Assembly (NCBI GenBank): GCA_037387885.1
Contig: JARRKQ010000001.1
Location: 491-64,490, forward strand
Source of the DNA: Alphaproteobacteria bacterium
GTDB lineage: Bacteria > Pseudomonadota > Alphaproteobacteria > JAPULJ01
Direction: 5' to 3'
Length of the DNA stretch: 64,000 nt
Below are positions 17,682 through 27,095 of the stretch, piece after piece; position 1 is the first letter of the stretch; every line of letters begins with the position of its first letter. Both the position numbers and the translations under genes were made by a program. The notes beneath the pieces were generated by a model, which had not been told where the DNA came from, did no database searches, and saw only the letters and a program-made list of their open reading frames with translations.

Positions 17682-19227
17682 CTTTGGGCGTCGGCGGGCC
17701 GGCGAAGCGTTTCGCATACGGGCCGACCGCGGTCATGTCGATCTCGACGACGGCCGGGCCCTCGACCGCGAGCGCGCGGGCGAAGGCATCGGCGAAGCCG
17801 GCGGGATCGGACACGCGCTCGTGGGCCAGGCCCATCGAGCCTGCGAGCTTGGCGAAGTCGGGCGTGACGAGATCGGCGTAGATGCGCCGTCCGCCATACT
17901 GGGCGTCCTGGATGTTGCGGATCACGCCGTAACCGAGGTCGTTCATCAGGATGAGGGCGATGTCGGCCTTCTCCTGGACGGCGGTCGCGAGCTCGCCAAG
18001 GCCGAGCGCGAGCCCGCCATCGCCCACGAGGGCGACGGTCTTGCGCCCGTCATTGCCGAGCGCGGCGCCGATCGCCATGGCGAGGCCCTGGCCGATGCCG
18101 CCGCCCAGCGGGTGCACGCCCTGGCGCGGACCCGAAAGATCGACGTAGCGGTTGCCCCAGGTGCTGTTCGAGACGGTAATGTCGCGCACCCAGGCGGCAC
18201 CCTCGGGCATGGCGGCGCGCAGATCGTCGATGATGCGCGCGTAAGGGCCGAAGCCGTCGCGCAGGTCCTCGACCCCCGCGGTCTTGGCGGCCGCGAGGTC
18301 GTCCGCGAAGGCCGGATCGATCGCGGGGCCGTTGCCGAGCCGCTCGATCAGGCCCTGCAGGGCCAATTTGGCGTCGCCCGCGATGAAGAGATTGTTCGCG
18401 TAGGACAGGCCGTCCTTGGCCGGGTCGGCGTCGATGCGGGCGAGCGGCTGGGGCAGGGCGAGGGTGTTCTTCAGCGTCTCGTTGCCGCGCAGGCGCGTGC
18501 CCACGGCGGCCATGAGATCGACGGTCTTGTAGAAGTCGGCGACCGCCGGCACGGCGTTGAAGGCGCCGAGGCTCATCGGGTGGCCTTCCGCCACGACGCC
18601 GCGGCCGTTGACGCTGGTCACGATGCCGACGCCCATCTCGGCGAGTTGCCGAGCCTCGGTCGCGGCTGCCCTTGCGCCGCCGCCGAACCAGAAGAGCGGA
18701 CGCTTGGCGTCGCGGACCAGCGCTGCGAGGCGGTCGAGCGCGGCACTGTCGGGGACCGGCGGGTCGACGACCGGCGGCGTCATCGTGCCGGGCAGCGTGG
18801 TCTCGGCGCCCTGGACGTCGATCGGGATCTCGACGCTGACCGGTCCCGTGGGCGGGGTAAGGGCGGTCTTCACCGCTTCTTCGAGGACGGCGAGCGTGTC
18901 CTCGGGCCGCGTGATGCGGAAGAATTTCTTCGAGATCGCGTGCAGCATGCCGGGCTGATCCGGCGCTTCGTGGATGTATCCGCGGCCCTGGTCGAGAAAC
19001 CCGGTCTCGATCTGGCCGGTCAGATGCAGCACCGGCGTGCCGGCGGTGAGCGCCTCGACGAGGCTGCCGGCGGCGTTGCCGGCCGCAACGCCCGTAGAGG
19101 TCACGCCGACGCTGAGCCCGCCGGTCACCCGCGCGAAGGCGTCGGCCATGTTGAGCGCGCCCGCCTCGCCGCGCGCCGGTACGAAGCGCACGCGCCCGCG
19201 TGCGGCGATCGCATCGAGGATCGGCAT
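17674..19227 (-). CDS. Thiamine-pyrophosphate-dependent enzyme (acetolactate synthase / benzoylformate decarboxylase family). The annotated ORF lacks its N-terminal ~30 residues
   Basis: A TPP motif (GDGGLALGLGELATAVQEKADIALILMNDLGYGVIRN) and the central and C-terminal domains are present. The in-frame sequence upstream of the first ATG still encodes the conserved N-terminus (VGALVAAYLEACGVSAAFGVISIHN). It is closed by a TAA at 19318-19320 and has no in-frame start. See findings. Confidence 0.75.
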   Translation of the reverse strand: MPILDAIAARGRVRFVPARGEAGALNMADAFARVTGGLSVGVTSTGVAAGNAAGSLVEALTAGTPVLHLTGQIETGFLDQGRGYIHEAPDQPGMLHAISKKFFRITRPEDTLAVLEEAVKTALTPPTGPVSVEIPIDVQGAETTLPGTMTPPVVDPPVPDSAALDRLAALVRDAKRPLFWFGGGARAAATEARQLAEMGVGIVTSVNGRGVVAEGHPMSLGAFNAVPAVADFYKTVDLMAAVGTRLRGNETLKNTLALPQPLARIDADPAKDGLSYANNLFIAGDAKLALQGLIERLGNGPAIDPAFADDLAAAKTAGVEDLRDGFGPYARIIDDLRAAMPEGAAWVRDITVSNSTWGNRYVDLSGPRQGVHPLGGGIGQGLAMAIGAALGNDGRKTVALVGDGGLALGLGELATAVQEKADIALILMNDLGYGVIRNIQDAQYGGRRIYADLVTPDFAKLAGSMGLAHERVSDPAGFADAFARALAVEGPAVVEIDMTAVGPYAKRFAGPPTPKDG

Positions 19228-19410
19228 GTTGTGGATCGAGATGACGCCGAAGGCGGCGCTGACGCCGCAGGCCTCGAGATAGGCCGCGACCAGCGCGCCG
19301 ACCGTTGTACATCGACTTTACACATCCGTTCTGCGATTCGCTGCGCAGCGATCTCCTCGATGCCGCACGCCGCGCGGACGTACCTGTCCACGACGGCGGC
19401 GTTTACGCGG

Positions 19411-20229
19411 TCACCCAGGGGGCACGCGCTTCCAGACCTGCGGCTCGTGCGTCGCTTCGTCGATCTGCTGGACTTCGGAGGTGTATTCGATGACGAAGTC
19501 GTTGGGGTCGCGAAAATAGGAGAAGACGTTGTTGCCCGGCCCGTGCCGGCCGATGCCCCAGGCGACGGGAACTTCGTGCGACTTGAGGCGGCCGATGCCG
19601 CGCATCTGATCGTCGAGCGAGGGCATCTCGAAGGCGATGTGGTTGAGCGAGGCGTGCTCCGCGCGGTTGAAGGCGATCGAGTGGTGATCGGTGTTGCAGC
19701 GGATGAAGACCATCTGGTCCTCCGACCAGTCGCTGACCCGGAAGCCGAGCGCCGACTCGTAGAAGGCGAGGCAGGTCTCGAGCCGCGCCGTATTGAGCAC
19801 GACATGGCTGATCTTGCGGGGGGCGGCCGGGCGGTCTGGCGCGTCGGCATAGGTCTCGACCCCGGCGGAGATGCGAAGCAGCCGGTTGTCGGGATCGACG
19901 ACGGCGAAGCCGGTGCCGCCGCCGGGCGTTTCGTTGGGGCCGATCGGCTGCGCGATCGGCGTGCCGTCCGCGACGAGGCGGTCGTGCATTTCCTGCAGCC
20001 GTGTCTCGTCCGGCACGGCGAGCTTGATCCGGACGATGCCGCGGGTCTCGCGGTCGTGCAGCGAGAGGATGTGGTGCTCGGGCCCACTGCCGCGCAGATA
20101 GACCGCGCCGGGTTCGGTGTGCACGGTCTCCAGGCCCCAGCACTCGGTGTAGAAGGTCTCGCTCTGCGTCAGGTTCAGCCCGCCGAGACCGAGGCCGCGT
20201 AACCGAGTGACACCTACCTGATTGGTCAT
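19411..20229 (-). CDS. Two-domain VOC-family extradiol ring-cleavage dioxygenase (catechol 2,3-dioxygenase-like)
   Basis: 272 aa from MTNQVGVTRLRGLGLGGLNL. There are two VOC modules (HHILSLHDRE ... HHSIAFNRAEHASLNHIAFEM). The 439-aa ORF in the track is an upstream extension with Arg-rich sequence. Confidence 0.8.
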   Translation of the reverse strand: MTNQVGVTRLRGLGLGGLNLTQSETFYTECWGLETVHTEPGAVYLRGSGPEHHILSLHDRETRGIVRIKLAVPDETRLQEMHDRLVADGTPIAQPIGPNETPGGGTGFAVVDPDNRLLRISAGVETYADAPDRPAAPRKISHVVLNTARLETCLAFYESALGFRVSDWSEDQMVFIRCNTDHHSIAFNRAEHASLNHIAFEMPSLDDQMRGIGRLKSHEVPVAWGIGRHGPGNNVFSYFRDPNDFVIEYTSEVQQIDEATHEPQVWKRVPPG

Positions 20230-20243
20230 GTCGCGGGTTTCCC

Positions 20244-21071
20244 TTACGCCGAGCGCCGCTCGCCGCGATGGCCGAGCCATTCGGAGATCGTGCCCGCGGT
20301 CTCGACCACGGCGTCGCGGATCCAGGTTTCCAGATCGTCGCCGCTCAGGGTGGATTCGGGCGTGGTGATGTTGATCGCGGCGATTACCGCGCCCTCGGCA
20401 TCGAAGACCGGGGCAGCGACGCTGGCGATGCCGCGCTCGAAGTTCGAGCGGCTCAGCACGTAACCTTGCGCGCGGTCGCGGGCGAGCTGGGCGATCAGAT
20501 CGTCGAGTGAGGTTGCCGTCACCTCGCTGAAGGCCTCGAGCGGTTGGCCCTTGAAGCGCGCGCGGACGTCGTCGGCGGAAAGCTGCGAGAGCAGCGCGCG
20601 GCCCATCGAGGTCGCGTGCGCCGGCAGGCGCGAGCCGACCTGGACATGGCTGGTCAGCGCCTTCTGCACCGCGTGGCGTGCGACATAGACAATCTCGGTG
20701 CCGTCGAGGATCGCCAGATGCGCCGAGCATTGGGTACGGTCGCGCAAGGCCATCAGATGCGGCTGGGCGACCTCGACGATCTCGATCGACGAGAGGAAGG
20801 CAAAGCCGAGGCCGAGCACGCGCGGGCCGAGGCGGTAGGATTTCGTCGCCTCGTCGCGCACCAGATAGCCGAGCTCGGCGAGCGTGTAGGCGATGCGGAA
20901 GGCCGAGGATCGCGTGAGCCCCACCGCGCGCGCGAGGTCGGCGAGCGAAAGCTGCGGCGTCTCGGCGGTGAAGGCCGAGAGCATGGCAAGCCCGCGCGCC
21001 AGGCCCGGCACCATGTAGCGCTCATCCGCGCCGGCCGCATTCGCGTCCGCGTTGTGAGTGGCATCGGTCAT
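20244..21071 (-). CDS. IclR family transcriptional regulator
   Basis: 275 aa from MTDATHNADA. The HTH reads LSLADLARAVGLTRSSAFRIAYTLAELGYLVRD, and a C-terminal IclR effector domain follows. Its start overlaps the stop of the upstream hydrolase gene (ATGA). Confidence 0.85.
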   Translation of the reverse strand: MTDATHNADANAAGADERYMVPGLARGLAMLSAFTAETPQLSLADLARAVGLTRSSAFRIAYTLAELGYLVRDEATKSYRLGPRVLGLGFAFLSSIEIVEVAQPHLMALRDRTQCSAHLAILDGTEIVYVARHAVQKALTSHVQVGSRLPAHATSMGRALLSQLSADDVRARFKGQPLEAFSEVTATSLDDLIAQLARDRAQGYVLSRSNFERGIASVAAPVFDAEGAVIAAINITTPESTLSGDDLETWIRDAVVETAGTISEWLGHRGERRSA

Positions 21072-21889
21072 GCAGCAGCGCGCTCCTGTTCGGCGAGGAA
21101 ATCGGCAAGCACGGTGTTGAAGCGTTCCGGCGCCTCGACATACGGCAAGTGACCCAGCCCATCGAGCAGCACGAAGCGGCCGTTCACGAGCGCATCGGCG
21201 ATACGGCGGCCGCCCTCGGGCGGGGTGACGATGTCTTCGCCGCCGCTGACGACGAGCGCCGGCGCGTCGCAGCCGTCGAGGTCGGCGAAGATGTTGCCTT
21301 GCGAGAGCGTGCGCGCGGCCTGGGCATAGCCGTCGGGCCGCACCTGGCGCATGACGCCGCGCACGGCTTCGAGCACGTCCTCGCCCGTATTCGGGCCGAC
21401 CAGCTTGGCCGCGCGGGCTTCGGTCATCTTGGCGGGGCCGTCGTTGTAGACGCCGTCGAGGCGCATCTTGAGCGACGTCTCCCGCGTCTCGGGATCGGCC
21501 TCCGCGTGGCCGATGGCGGGATCGGAGAGGAGAAGCGAACGCACCCGGGCGCGGTGGCGGCCCGCGAAGGCGCCGGCGAAGAGCGAGCCCAGTGAATTGC
21601 CCACCAGATGCGCGCTCTCGATATCGAGCGCATCGAGCAGGCGGGCCAGCGCATCGGCATAGGCGGCGGTGCCGGGGCACTCGCCGTCGAGATCGCCCGA
21701 GCCGCCATAGCCCGGCGCATCCCAGGCGATCGCGCGATGGTGCGCGCCGAAATGATCGAGCTGGTTGGTCCAGCCAGCCGATCCCGAGCCGATGCCGTGC
21801 AGGAAAACGATGGGCGCGCCGCTGCCGGCCTCGCGGTAGGCGATGGTGAGGCCGTTGGCGTCGATCTGCTTCAGGGCGTGTTCGCTCAT
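21068..21889 (-). CDS. Alpha/beta-hydrolase, meta-cleavage-product (C-C bond) hydrolase-like
   Basis: The N-terminal region reads IVFLHGIGSGSAGW, and there is a GNSLG nucleophile elbow. It is about 273 aa. Confidence 0.8.
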   Translation of the reverse strand: MSEHALKQIDANGLTIAYREAGSGAPIVFLHGIGSGSAGWTNQLDHFGAHHRAIAWDAPGYGGSGDLDGECPGTAAYADALARLLDALDIESAHLVGNSLGSLFAGAFAGRHRARVRSLLLSDPAIGHAEADPETRETSLKMRLDGVYNDGPAKMTEARAAKLVGPNTGEDVLEAVRGVMRQVRPDGYAQAARTLSQGNIFADLDGCDAPALVVSGGEDIVTPPEGGRRIADALVNGRFVLLDGLGHLPYVEAPERFNTVLADFLAEQERAAA

Positions 21890-21901
21890 GGTCTCAAATC
21901 C

Positions 21902-22663
21902 TCAGTTGAAGACGAAGCCGCCGTTCACCGGCAGAAGCTGGCCGGTGACGAAAGCGGCGCCGTCCGACAGCAGGTAGACGACCGAACCGACCACATCCTC
22001 GGGGTCCTGGGCGCGGTGCATGGCGCGGCCCTCGACGTAATGGTCGTGGCGGTCCTGGGGGACGTATTCGGTGGCCTCGACGCGGGTGAGGCCGGGGGCG
22101 ATCGCGTTGACGGCGATGTTGTCGGGGCCGAGCTCGCGGGCGAGCGCCCGGGTCATGGCGATTACCGCGCCTTTGCTGGAGACGTAATGCAGCAGCTTGG
22201 GCGCGCCCCAGAGCGCGGTGTCGGAGGCGATGTTGACAACGCGCGCACCGTTCACGCCTTTCCTGAGCAGCGGCGCGCAGGCCTTCACCGCGAGCCAGAG
22301 CCCGCGGACATTCACCTGCATGACGCGGTCCCAGGTCTCGATGTCGATCTCCTCGAACGTCTTGCCGCCGATGCCGGTGGCGATGGCGCCGTTATTGACC
22401 AGTCCGTCGATGCGCCCGCAGCGTGTCTCGACCGTTTCGGCCATCGCCGTGACGCTGCCCGGATCGCCGAGGTCGAGCGGCACGAAGAGCGTCTCGTAGC
22501 CGGCATTGCCCAGGGCATGGGCGGTATCGCGGCCCCAGTCCTCGTTGATCTCGGCGATCACGACCATCTCGGCCCCGGCCTCGGCAGAGGCTTCCGCGAA
22601 GGCGCGGCCGAGCCCGCGCCCCGCGCCGGTCACCACGATCACCTTGCCGTCGAGCGCGCCCAT
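21902..22663 (-). CDS. SDR family oxidoreductase
   Basis: TGAGRGLG is the cofactor-binding motif and YVSSK the catalytic YxxxK. 253 aa. Confidence 0.85.
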   Translation of the reverse strand: MGALDGKVIVVTGAGRGLGRAFAEASAEAGAEMVVIAEINEDWGRDTAHALGNAGYETLFVPLDLGDPGSVTAMAETVETRCGRIDGLVNNGAIATGIGGKTFEEIDIETWDRVMQVNVRGLWLAVKACAPLLRKGVNGARVVNIASDTALWGAPKLLHYVSSKGAVIAMTRALARELGPDNIAVNAIAPGLTRVEATEYVPQDRHDHYVEGRAMHRAQDPEDVVGSVVYLLSDGAAFVTGQLLPVNGGFVFN

Positions 22664-22669
22664 GGGCGG

Positions 22670-23068
22670 TCAGGCCTGCTTTTCTAGGTGCCAGTCATGC
22701 TCGGAGATGTCGACGACCACGCCGTTCACGTCCTTGACCTTGGTCTCGACCTCGACCCCGGGCACGTCGGGCAATTCCATGAAGTATGCGCCGCCATTCG
22801 CCTCGATCTTTTTCATCGTCTCGTCGAGGTCGTCGACCACGAAGCCGAAATGATGCACGCCCGCCCAGTCGGGGCCGTTGATCATCGAGGGCTGGCCCTC
22901 GGGGAATTTGAGCAGCGTCAGGTTCATCACGCCGTCGGACAGCATGATCGTGTCGCCAATCTCGCTCTCCGACTCGTAGACGCGGCGCAGATCGAACGCC
23001 GCCTCGTAGAAGGCGGCAGCCTTCTCGAGATCGGGGACTTGCATCGCGATGTGGCGCAGCTTCGCCAT
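22670..23068 (-). CDS. VOC family protein (glyoxalase/bleomycin-resistance/dioxygenase fold)
   Basis: 132 aa. MAKLRHIAMQVPDLEKAAAFYEAAFDL is a typical VOC N-terminus. Confidence 0.75.
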   Translation of the reverse strand: MAKLRHIAMQVPDLEKAAAFYEAAFDLRRVYESESEIGDTIMLSDGVMNLTLLKFPEGQPSMINGPDWAGVHHFGFVVDDLDETMKKIEANGGAYFMELPDVPGVEVETKVKDVNGVVVDISEHDWHLEKQA

Positions 23069-23090
23069 CGATCGGCTCGCTCCTTCGGCC

Positions 23091-23636
23091 TTACTTCTTC
23101 GGCCGCTTGATCTTGGAGAGCGGGTGGTCCGGCGGATAGGTCGGCGTCTGCGGCTTAGAGTTGCCGAGCATCACGCACATCAGCGCTTCTTCCTGGCCGT
23201 CGTTCAGCAGACCGCGATAGAGGCCCGGCGGCACCGAGATCAGGTCGCGCTCCTTCAACACCGTCTCGAAGCGCTCGCCGTCCTGCTCGACGAAGAGGCG
23301 GATGCGGCCGCGCAGCATGAAGAACACCTCCTCCACGTCGTCATGAACGTGGATCGGGCCTTCGCAGCCGGCGGGCAGCACCATGGTCGAGAAGGTGAAG
23401 TGCTCGGCTGGCACGGTGTTCTGGTCGGACGAAATGCCCGTGCCGCCGGTGCCCATGTAGCGCATCTGGGCGCGGCGGTATTTCGGGTCGTAGTCGGCCT
23501 GGAACTTCAGCGCGTCCCAGTCGTAGCGGCGCGTCTCGTAGCGCGCGATGCGGCTCTCGACCCAGTCGCCGAGGCTCATATCGGCCGGTTTGCCGCCGAC
23601 CGTCTGGTCGTCCTTGAGTGCGGTCTGTGCGCTCAT
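23091..23636 (-). CDS. Cupin-domain protein
   Basis: 181 aa. A cupin motif is present (GPIHVHDDVEEVFFMLRGRIRLFVE). Confidence 0.7.
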   Translation of the reverse strand: MSAQTALKDDQTVGGKPADMSLGDWVESRIARYETRRYDWDALKFQADYDPKYRRAQMRYMGTGGTGISSDQNTVPAEHFTFSTMVLPAGCEGPIHVHDDVEEVFFMLRGRIRLFVEQDGERFETVLKERDLISVPPGLYRGLLNDGQEEALMCVMLGNSKPQTPTYPPDHPLSKIKRPKK

Positions 23637-23698
23637 GATCGCTTCGCTCCTTGCTTTGATCGCAATGTGTTGGTCGTCGGTGTTGTCGCTTTCGGCGG

Positions 23699-24751
23699 CT
23701 ATTCGGCCGCCGCTTGCTCGTGCTCCAACGCGGCCAGCGCCTCGAGCTGGGCCTTGGCCTCTTTCTCCAGAATGCGGCGGACGCGGGCCATGCCGGTGTC
23801 GTGCTGGTAGAGGAATTCGCGGGCCCGCGCCTCGGGCGCCATGTTCTCCAGCACCACGCGGTCCTGCTCGAGCACGTCCCAGTGGAGGCCTTCCAGGCGG
23901 TTCCGGTACATGAAGCGCCAGAGGTCGCGCTGCCAGCCGGCGACCTTGCGGTTGCGCCAGAAGAAGACCTGACAGGTGTTCTCATCGATCGGCGTGACGC
24001 AGCCGACGATGCCGAAAAGCCCGCCCGGCCCCGCCGACTTGCGGTAGGGGATGGCAAGGCGGAGGAAGATGGCGCCGGTCTCGCGGAACTCGACCCAGTC
24101 GAAGTTGATGTCGCGCTGGGTCTCCTTCTCGAAGACGAGGCCTTTGTCGATCTTGGAGACCTTCATCTTCGCCTGCTTGTCGCCTTCGGCCATCGAGTGC
24201 GAGAGCGCGTGGAGATAAGCGCCGTGCATCGGGTCCATGACGTTGTCGACCGCGTAGCGGTAATTGCATCGCCAGACCGCGGTGCAGAGCATGGTCGCGT
24301 ATTCTTGCGTGTTCGCCAGCTCCTCGGGCAGGACGAGATCGACCGGCTCGGGGTGCGCCGCGTCGCCGAAATAGGCGAACACCGCGCCTTCGATCTCGCG
24401 CACCGGATAGCTCTTGACCGGCTTGGTGCCTTCCAGCGGGCAGCGATCGACGGCGGGCACGGCCTTGACCTCGCCGTCGCCGCCGACCTCGATGCCGTGA
24501 TACCAGCAGGCCAGGCGGTCGCCCAGGTTCCAGCCAAGCGAGAGCCGCGCGCCGCGATGCGGGCAGCGGTCCTCGATCGCATGGGGCGTGCCGTCGGTGT
24601 CGCGCCAGACTGCGATGTTCTCGCCGAGGCGCGTGATCCCGGCGGGCCGCGTCGTCACCTGGTAGCTCGGTGCGATCGGGTACCAGAGATTGCGCAAGCC
24701 GCTGTTCACGAGCCCGTCGATAGCGCTGCGGTCGATCTTCGATGTCGTCAT
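23699..24751 (-). CDS. Rieske [2Fe-2S] non-haem-iron oxygenase alpha subunit with no partner beta subunit (class IA/III type)
   Basis: Rieske motif CPHRGARLSLG...CWYHG. The catalytic domain follows, with DNVMDPMHGAYLH. The start is MTTSKIDRS at 24751, with GAGG 6 nt upstream. Confidence 0.8.
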   Translation of the reverse strand: MTTSKIDRSAIDGLVNSGLRNLWYPIAPSYQVTTRPAGITRLGENIAVWRDTDGTPHAIEDRCPHRGARLSLGWNLGDRLACWYHGIEVGGDGEVKAVPAVDRCPLEGTKPVKSYPVREIEGAVFAYFGDAAHPEPVDLVLPEELANTQEYATMLCTAVWRCNYRYAVDNVMDPMHGAYLHALSHSMAEGDKQAKMKVSKIDKGLVFEKETQRDINFDWVEFRETGAIFLRLAIPYRKSAGPGGLFGIVGCVTPIDENTCQVFFWRNRKVAGWQRDLWRFMYRNRLEGLHWDVLEQDRVVLENMAPEARAREFLYQHDTGMARVRRILEKEAKAQLEALAALEHEQAAAE

Positions 24752-24788
24752 GGCAAGCCTCGTGTGCCCGTCATATTCGTATTCGGGT

Positions 24789-25745
24789 TCATATCGGTAT
24801 CGCCACATCGCCGAAGTCGCGCTTGGGCAGGTAGCGCAACACGCGGCGCTCGGCCAGGATGACGAGCGCGTAGGCGATGATGCCGATGAGGGTCAGAAGG
24901 ATGATGGCGGCGAAGACCGAGCCGGTATTGCCCTGGCCCTCGCCCTGGACCAGCAGGTAGCCGAGCCCGGTATTGCCGCCGACGAACTCGCCCACCGTGA
25001 CGCCGATGACGGCGAGGGTGGAGCCGATTCGCAGGCCCGAAAAGAGCGAGGGCATCGAGGCCGGGAACTCGATCTTCCAGAAGATCTGCCAGCGGCTCGC
25101 CTTGAAGGAACGGGCGAGGTTGATCAGCGCCGGGTCGACCGTGCGCACGGAGGTCAGCACGTTGATCAGGATCGGGAAGAAGACGATCAGGACGGCGACC
25201 AGGATCTTTGGCGCCATGTTGTAGCCGAACCACAGGATGAAGAGCGGCGCGAAGGCCACCTTGGGCGCGATCTGCAGCGCCAGGAGGTAGGGCGAGGCGA
25301 TGACTTCGGTGGTCGGCGACATGCCGAGCAGATAGCCAATCACAGCACCCAGCAAGCAGCCGAGGCTGAAGCCGACCAGCACCTCGAAGCAGGTGATGCC
25401 GGCGTGATAGAGGAGCTCGCTGTTCTGGTAGAGAAAGACGCCTTCCTGGATCACCAGCGAGAGGCGGGGGATGTTGTAGGGCGCGATGCCGAGCAGCACC
25501 GGACCCCATTCCCAGCCGGCGACGAACAGCACCAGGACGACAAGACTGAGCCAGGTCTCCTTGCGGTTGAAGCGGCTGGCGAGCCCGCGCTTTGCCGCTG
25601 CCGGCGTAGGTGCGGGCGCTGCCACCGGGCGCGGCCCCTGTTCAACTGTCGCGGCCGCGCAGCAGGTCGCCGCAGCGCAGCTCCGCTCCGCATCGGGCCG
25701 CGGAACGGCCGGGGCAAGGGCGCCGGCGTCGCGGGCCGCCATCAC
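24789..25745 (-). CDS. ABC transporter permease, NitT/TauT (nitrate/sulfonate/bicarbonate) family
   Basis: There are multiple transmembrane segments and an EAA-like loop (ARSFKASRWQIFWKIEFPASMP). Its start overlaps the ATPase gene stop (ATGA). Confidence 0.85.
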   Translation of the reverse strand: MMAARDAGALAPAVPRPDAERSCAAATCCAAATVEQGPRPVAAPAPTPAAAKRGLASRFNRKETWLSLVVLVLFVAGWEWGPVLLGIAPYNIPRLSLVIQEGVFLYQNSELLYHAGITCFEVLVGFSLGCLLGAVIGYLLGMSPTTEVIASPYLLALQIAPKVAFAPLFILWFGYNMAPKILVAVLIVFFPILINVLTSVRTVDPALINLARSFKASRWQIFWKIEFPASMPSLFSGLRIGSTLAVIGVTVGEFVGGNTGLGYLLVQGEGQGNTGSVFAAIILLTLIGIIAYALVILAERRVLRYLPKRDFGDVAIPI

Positions 25746-26542
25746 GCCGCCTCGATTTCGTCGCCGATGTGCAGCAAGCCCATCAGCTTGGTGATGTAGT
25801 CGCCCATCTTGGGATGGCCGCGCCGGGCGATCGGCTTCTCGCGCTCGGGCATTTCGACGGCGATCTCCTCGATGATGCGGCCGGGACGTGACGACATCAC
25901 CAGGACGCGGTCAGAGAGCGCCACCGCCTCGATCAGATCGTGGGTGATCAGGAAAGCGGTCTTGCCCTCGTCTTTGAGGGTGCGCGCGAGATCGGTCTGG
26001 AGGACCATCTTGGTCTGCGCATCGAGGGCGGAGAAGGGCTCGTCGAGCAACAGCACGTCGGGGTCCATCGCCATGGTGCGCGCGAGTGCGGCGCGCTGGC
26101 GCATGCCGCCGGAAAGTTGGTGGGGGTAGGCATTGGCGAATTCGCCCAGCTTGTATTTCGCGATCAGATCGAGGGCGACCGTGCGGCGGCTCTCCCTGGC
26201 CACGCCCTGGATCTCCTGGCCGAGTTCGACATTGTCGCGGATCGTCCGCCAGGGCAGCAGCAGGTCCTTCTGCAGCATGAAGGCGACGTGCGAGTTGGGC
26301 CCGTCGACCTCTTCCCCGTCGACCAGCACCGTTCCTTCGTTCGGGCGGTCGAGCCCGGAGCCGAGATTGAGCAGCGTGCTCTTGCCGCAGCCGCTCGGCC
26401 CGATCAGCGAGACCACCTCGCCGTCGGCCAGCGCCAGCGAGACGTCCTCGACCGCCGTGATCACTGGATCGCGGCCGTCACCCGAATTGCGGTTGCCGAA
26501 GCGCTTGGTGACCTGACGGAACTCCAGGCGGGAGGTTGCCAT
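25742..26542 (-). CDS. ABC transporter ATP-binding protein, NitT/TauT family
   Basis: Walker A GPSGCGKST, signature LSGGMRQRAALAR and Walker B LLLDEPFSALD. GGGAGAG lies upstream of the ATG. Confidence 0.9.
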   Translation of the reverse strand: MATSRLEFRQVTKRFGNRNSGDGRDPVITAVEDVSLALADGEVVSLIGPSGCGKSTLLNLGSGLDRPNEGTVLVDGEEVDGPNSHVAFMLQKDLLLPWRTIRDNVELGQEIQGVARESRRTVALDLIAKYKLGEFANAYPHQLSGGMRQRAALARTMAMDPDVLLLDEPFSALDAQTKMVLQTDLARTLKDEGKTAFLITHDLIEAVALSDRVLVMSSRPGRIIEEIAVEMPEREKPIARRGHPKMGDYITKLMGLLHIGDEIEAA

Positions 26543-26560
26543 GGGTGCTCTCCCGTCCGC

Positions 26561-26962
26561 TCAGCCGCCGCTGCCGGCAGGCTCGCCGGCGCCGAGGCGC
26601 TGCATCACGGACTTGAAGGAGGTTTCGGTCCAGGGATTGCCATCGGGATCGGCGGGCCCGGTCTCGTTCAGGCCGGCGATGATGGCATCGAGCTCGTAGA
26701 TTTCCTTGGTGAACAGCGCTTCGAGCGCATCGCCCAGCGCGTTCTCATAGTCGGTCGGCGGGGCGGGCCGGGTCTGCCAGCGGATCAGCGCCGGCGCGTC
26801 GTAGCGCTCGATCGACTGGGCATTGCCCTTGTTGGGACCGTCGGCCTTGCTGTCGAGCTGGCCGGCAGCCGCTTTCGCCTCCATTGCGAACCGCAGGTGG
26901 GGATTGAAGTCGGACACGTTCGCGACCCTCCCGGTGCTTGCCGGCTCGGCGCACCCTGCCAC
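26561..26962 (-). CDS. Hypothetical protein of unknown function in the oxygenase/transporter operon
   Basis: There are no recognisable motifs. Third-codon-position GC is high, consistent with coding. A shorter 107-aa version starting MEAKAAAGQ at 26884 is possible. Confidence 0.45.
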   Translation of the reverse strand: MAGCAEPASTGRVANVSDFNPHLRFAMEAKAAAGQLDSKADGPNKGNAQSIERYDAPALIRWQTRPAPPTDYENALGDALEALFTKEIYELDAIIAGLNETGPADPDGNPWTETSFKSVMQRLGAGEPAGSGG

Positions 26963-26987
26963 CGATGCCGGCCCGTGTGCTTCATGG

Positions 26988-27037
26988 TAGTTTTGTATAT
27001 AAAACTATTGTTCTTATACAAAACACATTAACAGGCC
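26988..27037. repeat. AT-rich ~50-bp element with internal inverted repeats (GTTTTGTATA ... TATACAAAAC); left copy of a pair flanking the Rieske ferredoxin gene
   Basis: The sequence is GTAGTTTTGTATATAAAACTATTGTTCTTATACAAAACACATTAACAGG. It is about 75% identical to the reverse complement of the 27601-27655 element. Spurious ORFs containing YKTIVLI are translations of this motif. Confidence 0.5.
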
Positions 27038-27095
27038 GGTGCGAGAGAATCAAGGGCCGGATTTCGCCGTGCGAACCGGGCGGATCAGGCGAGCT

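Noticed and set aside
18050-19312. 420-aa minus-strand ORF beginning MYNGRRAGRG
   Set aside because: It is an extremely Arg-rich alternate frame of the TPP enzyme gene. It matters only because its ATG at 19310-19312 may be the true start of the TPP gene if a 1-nt frameshift is present.
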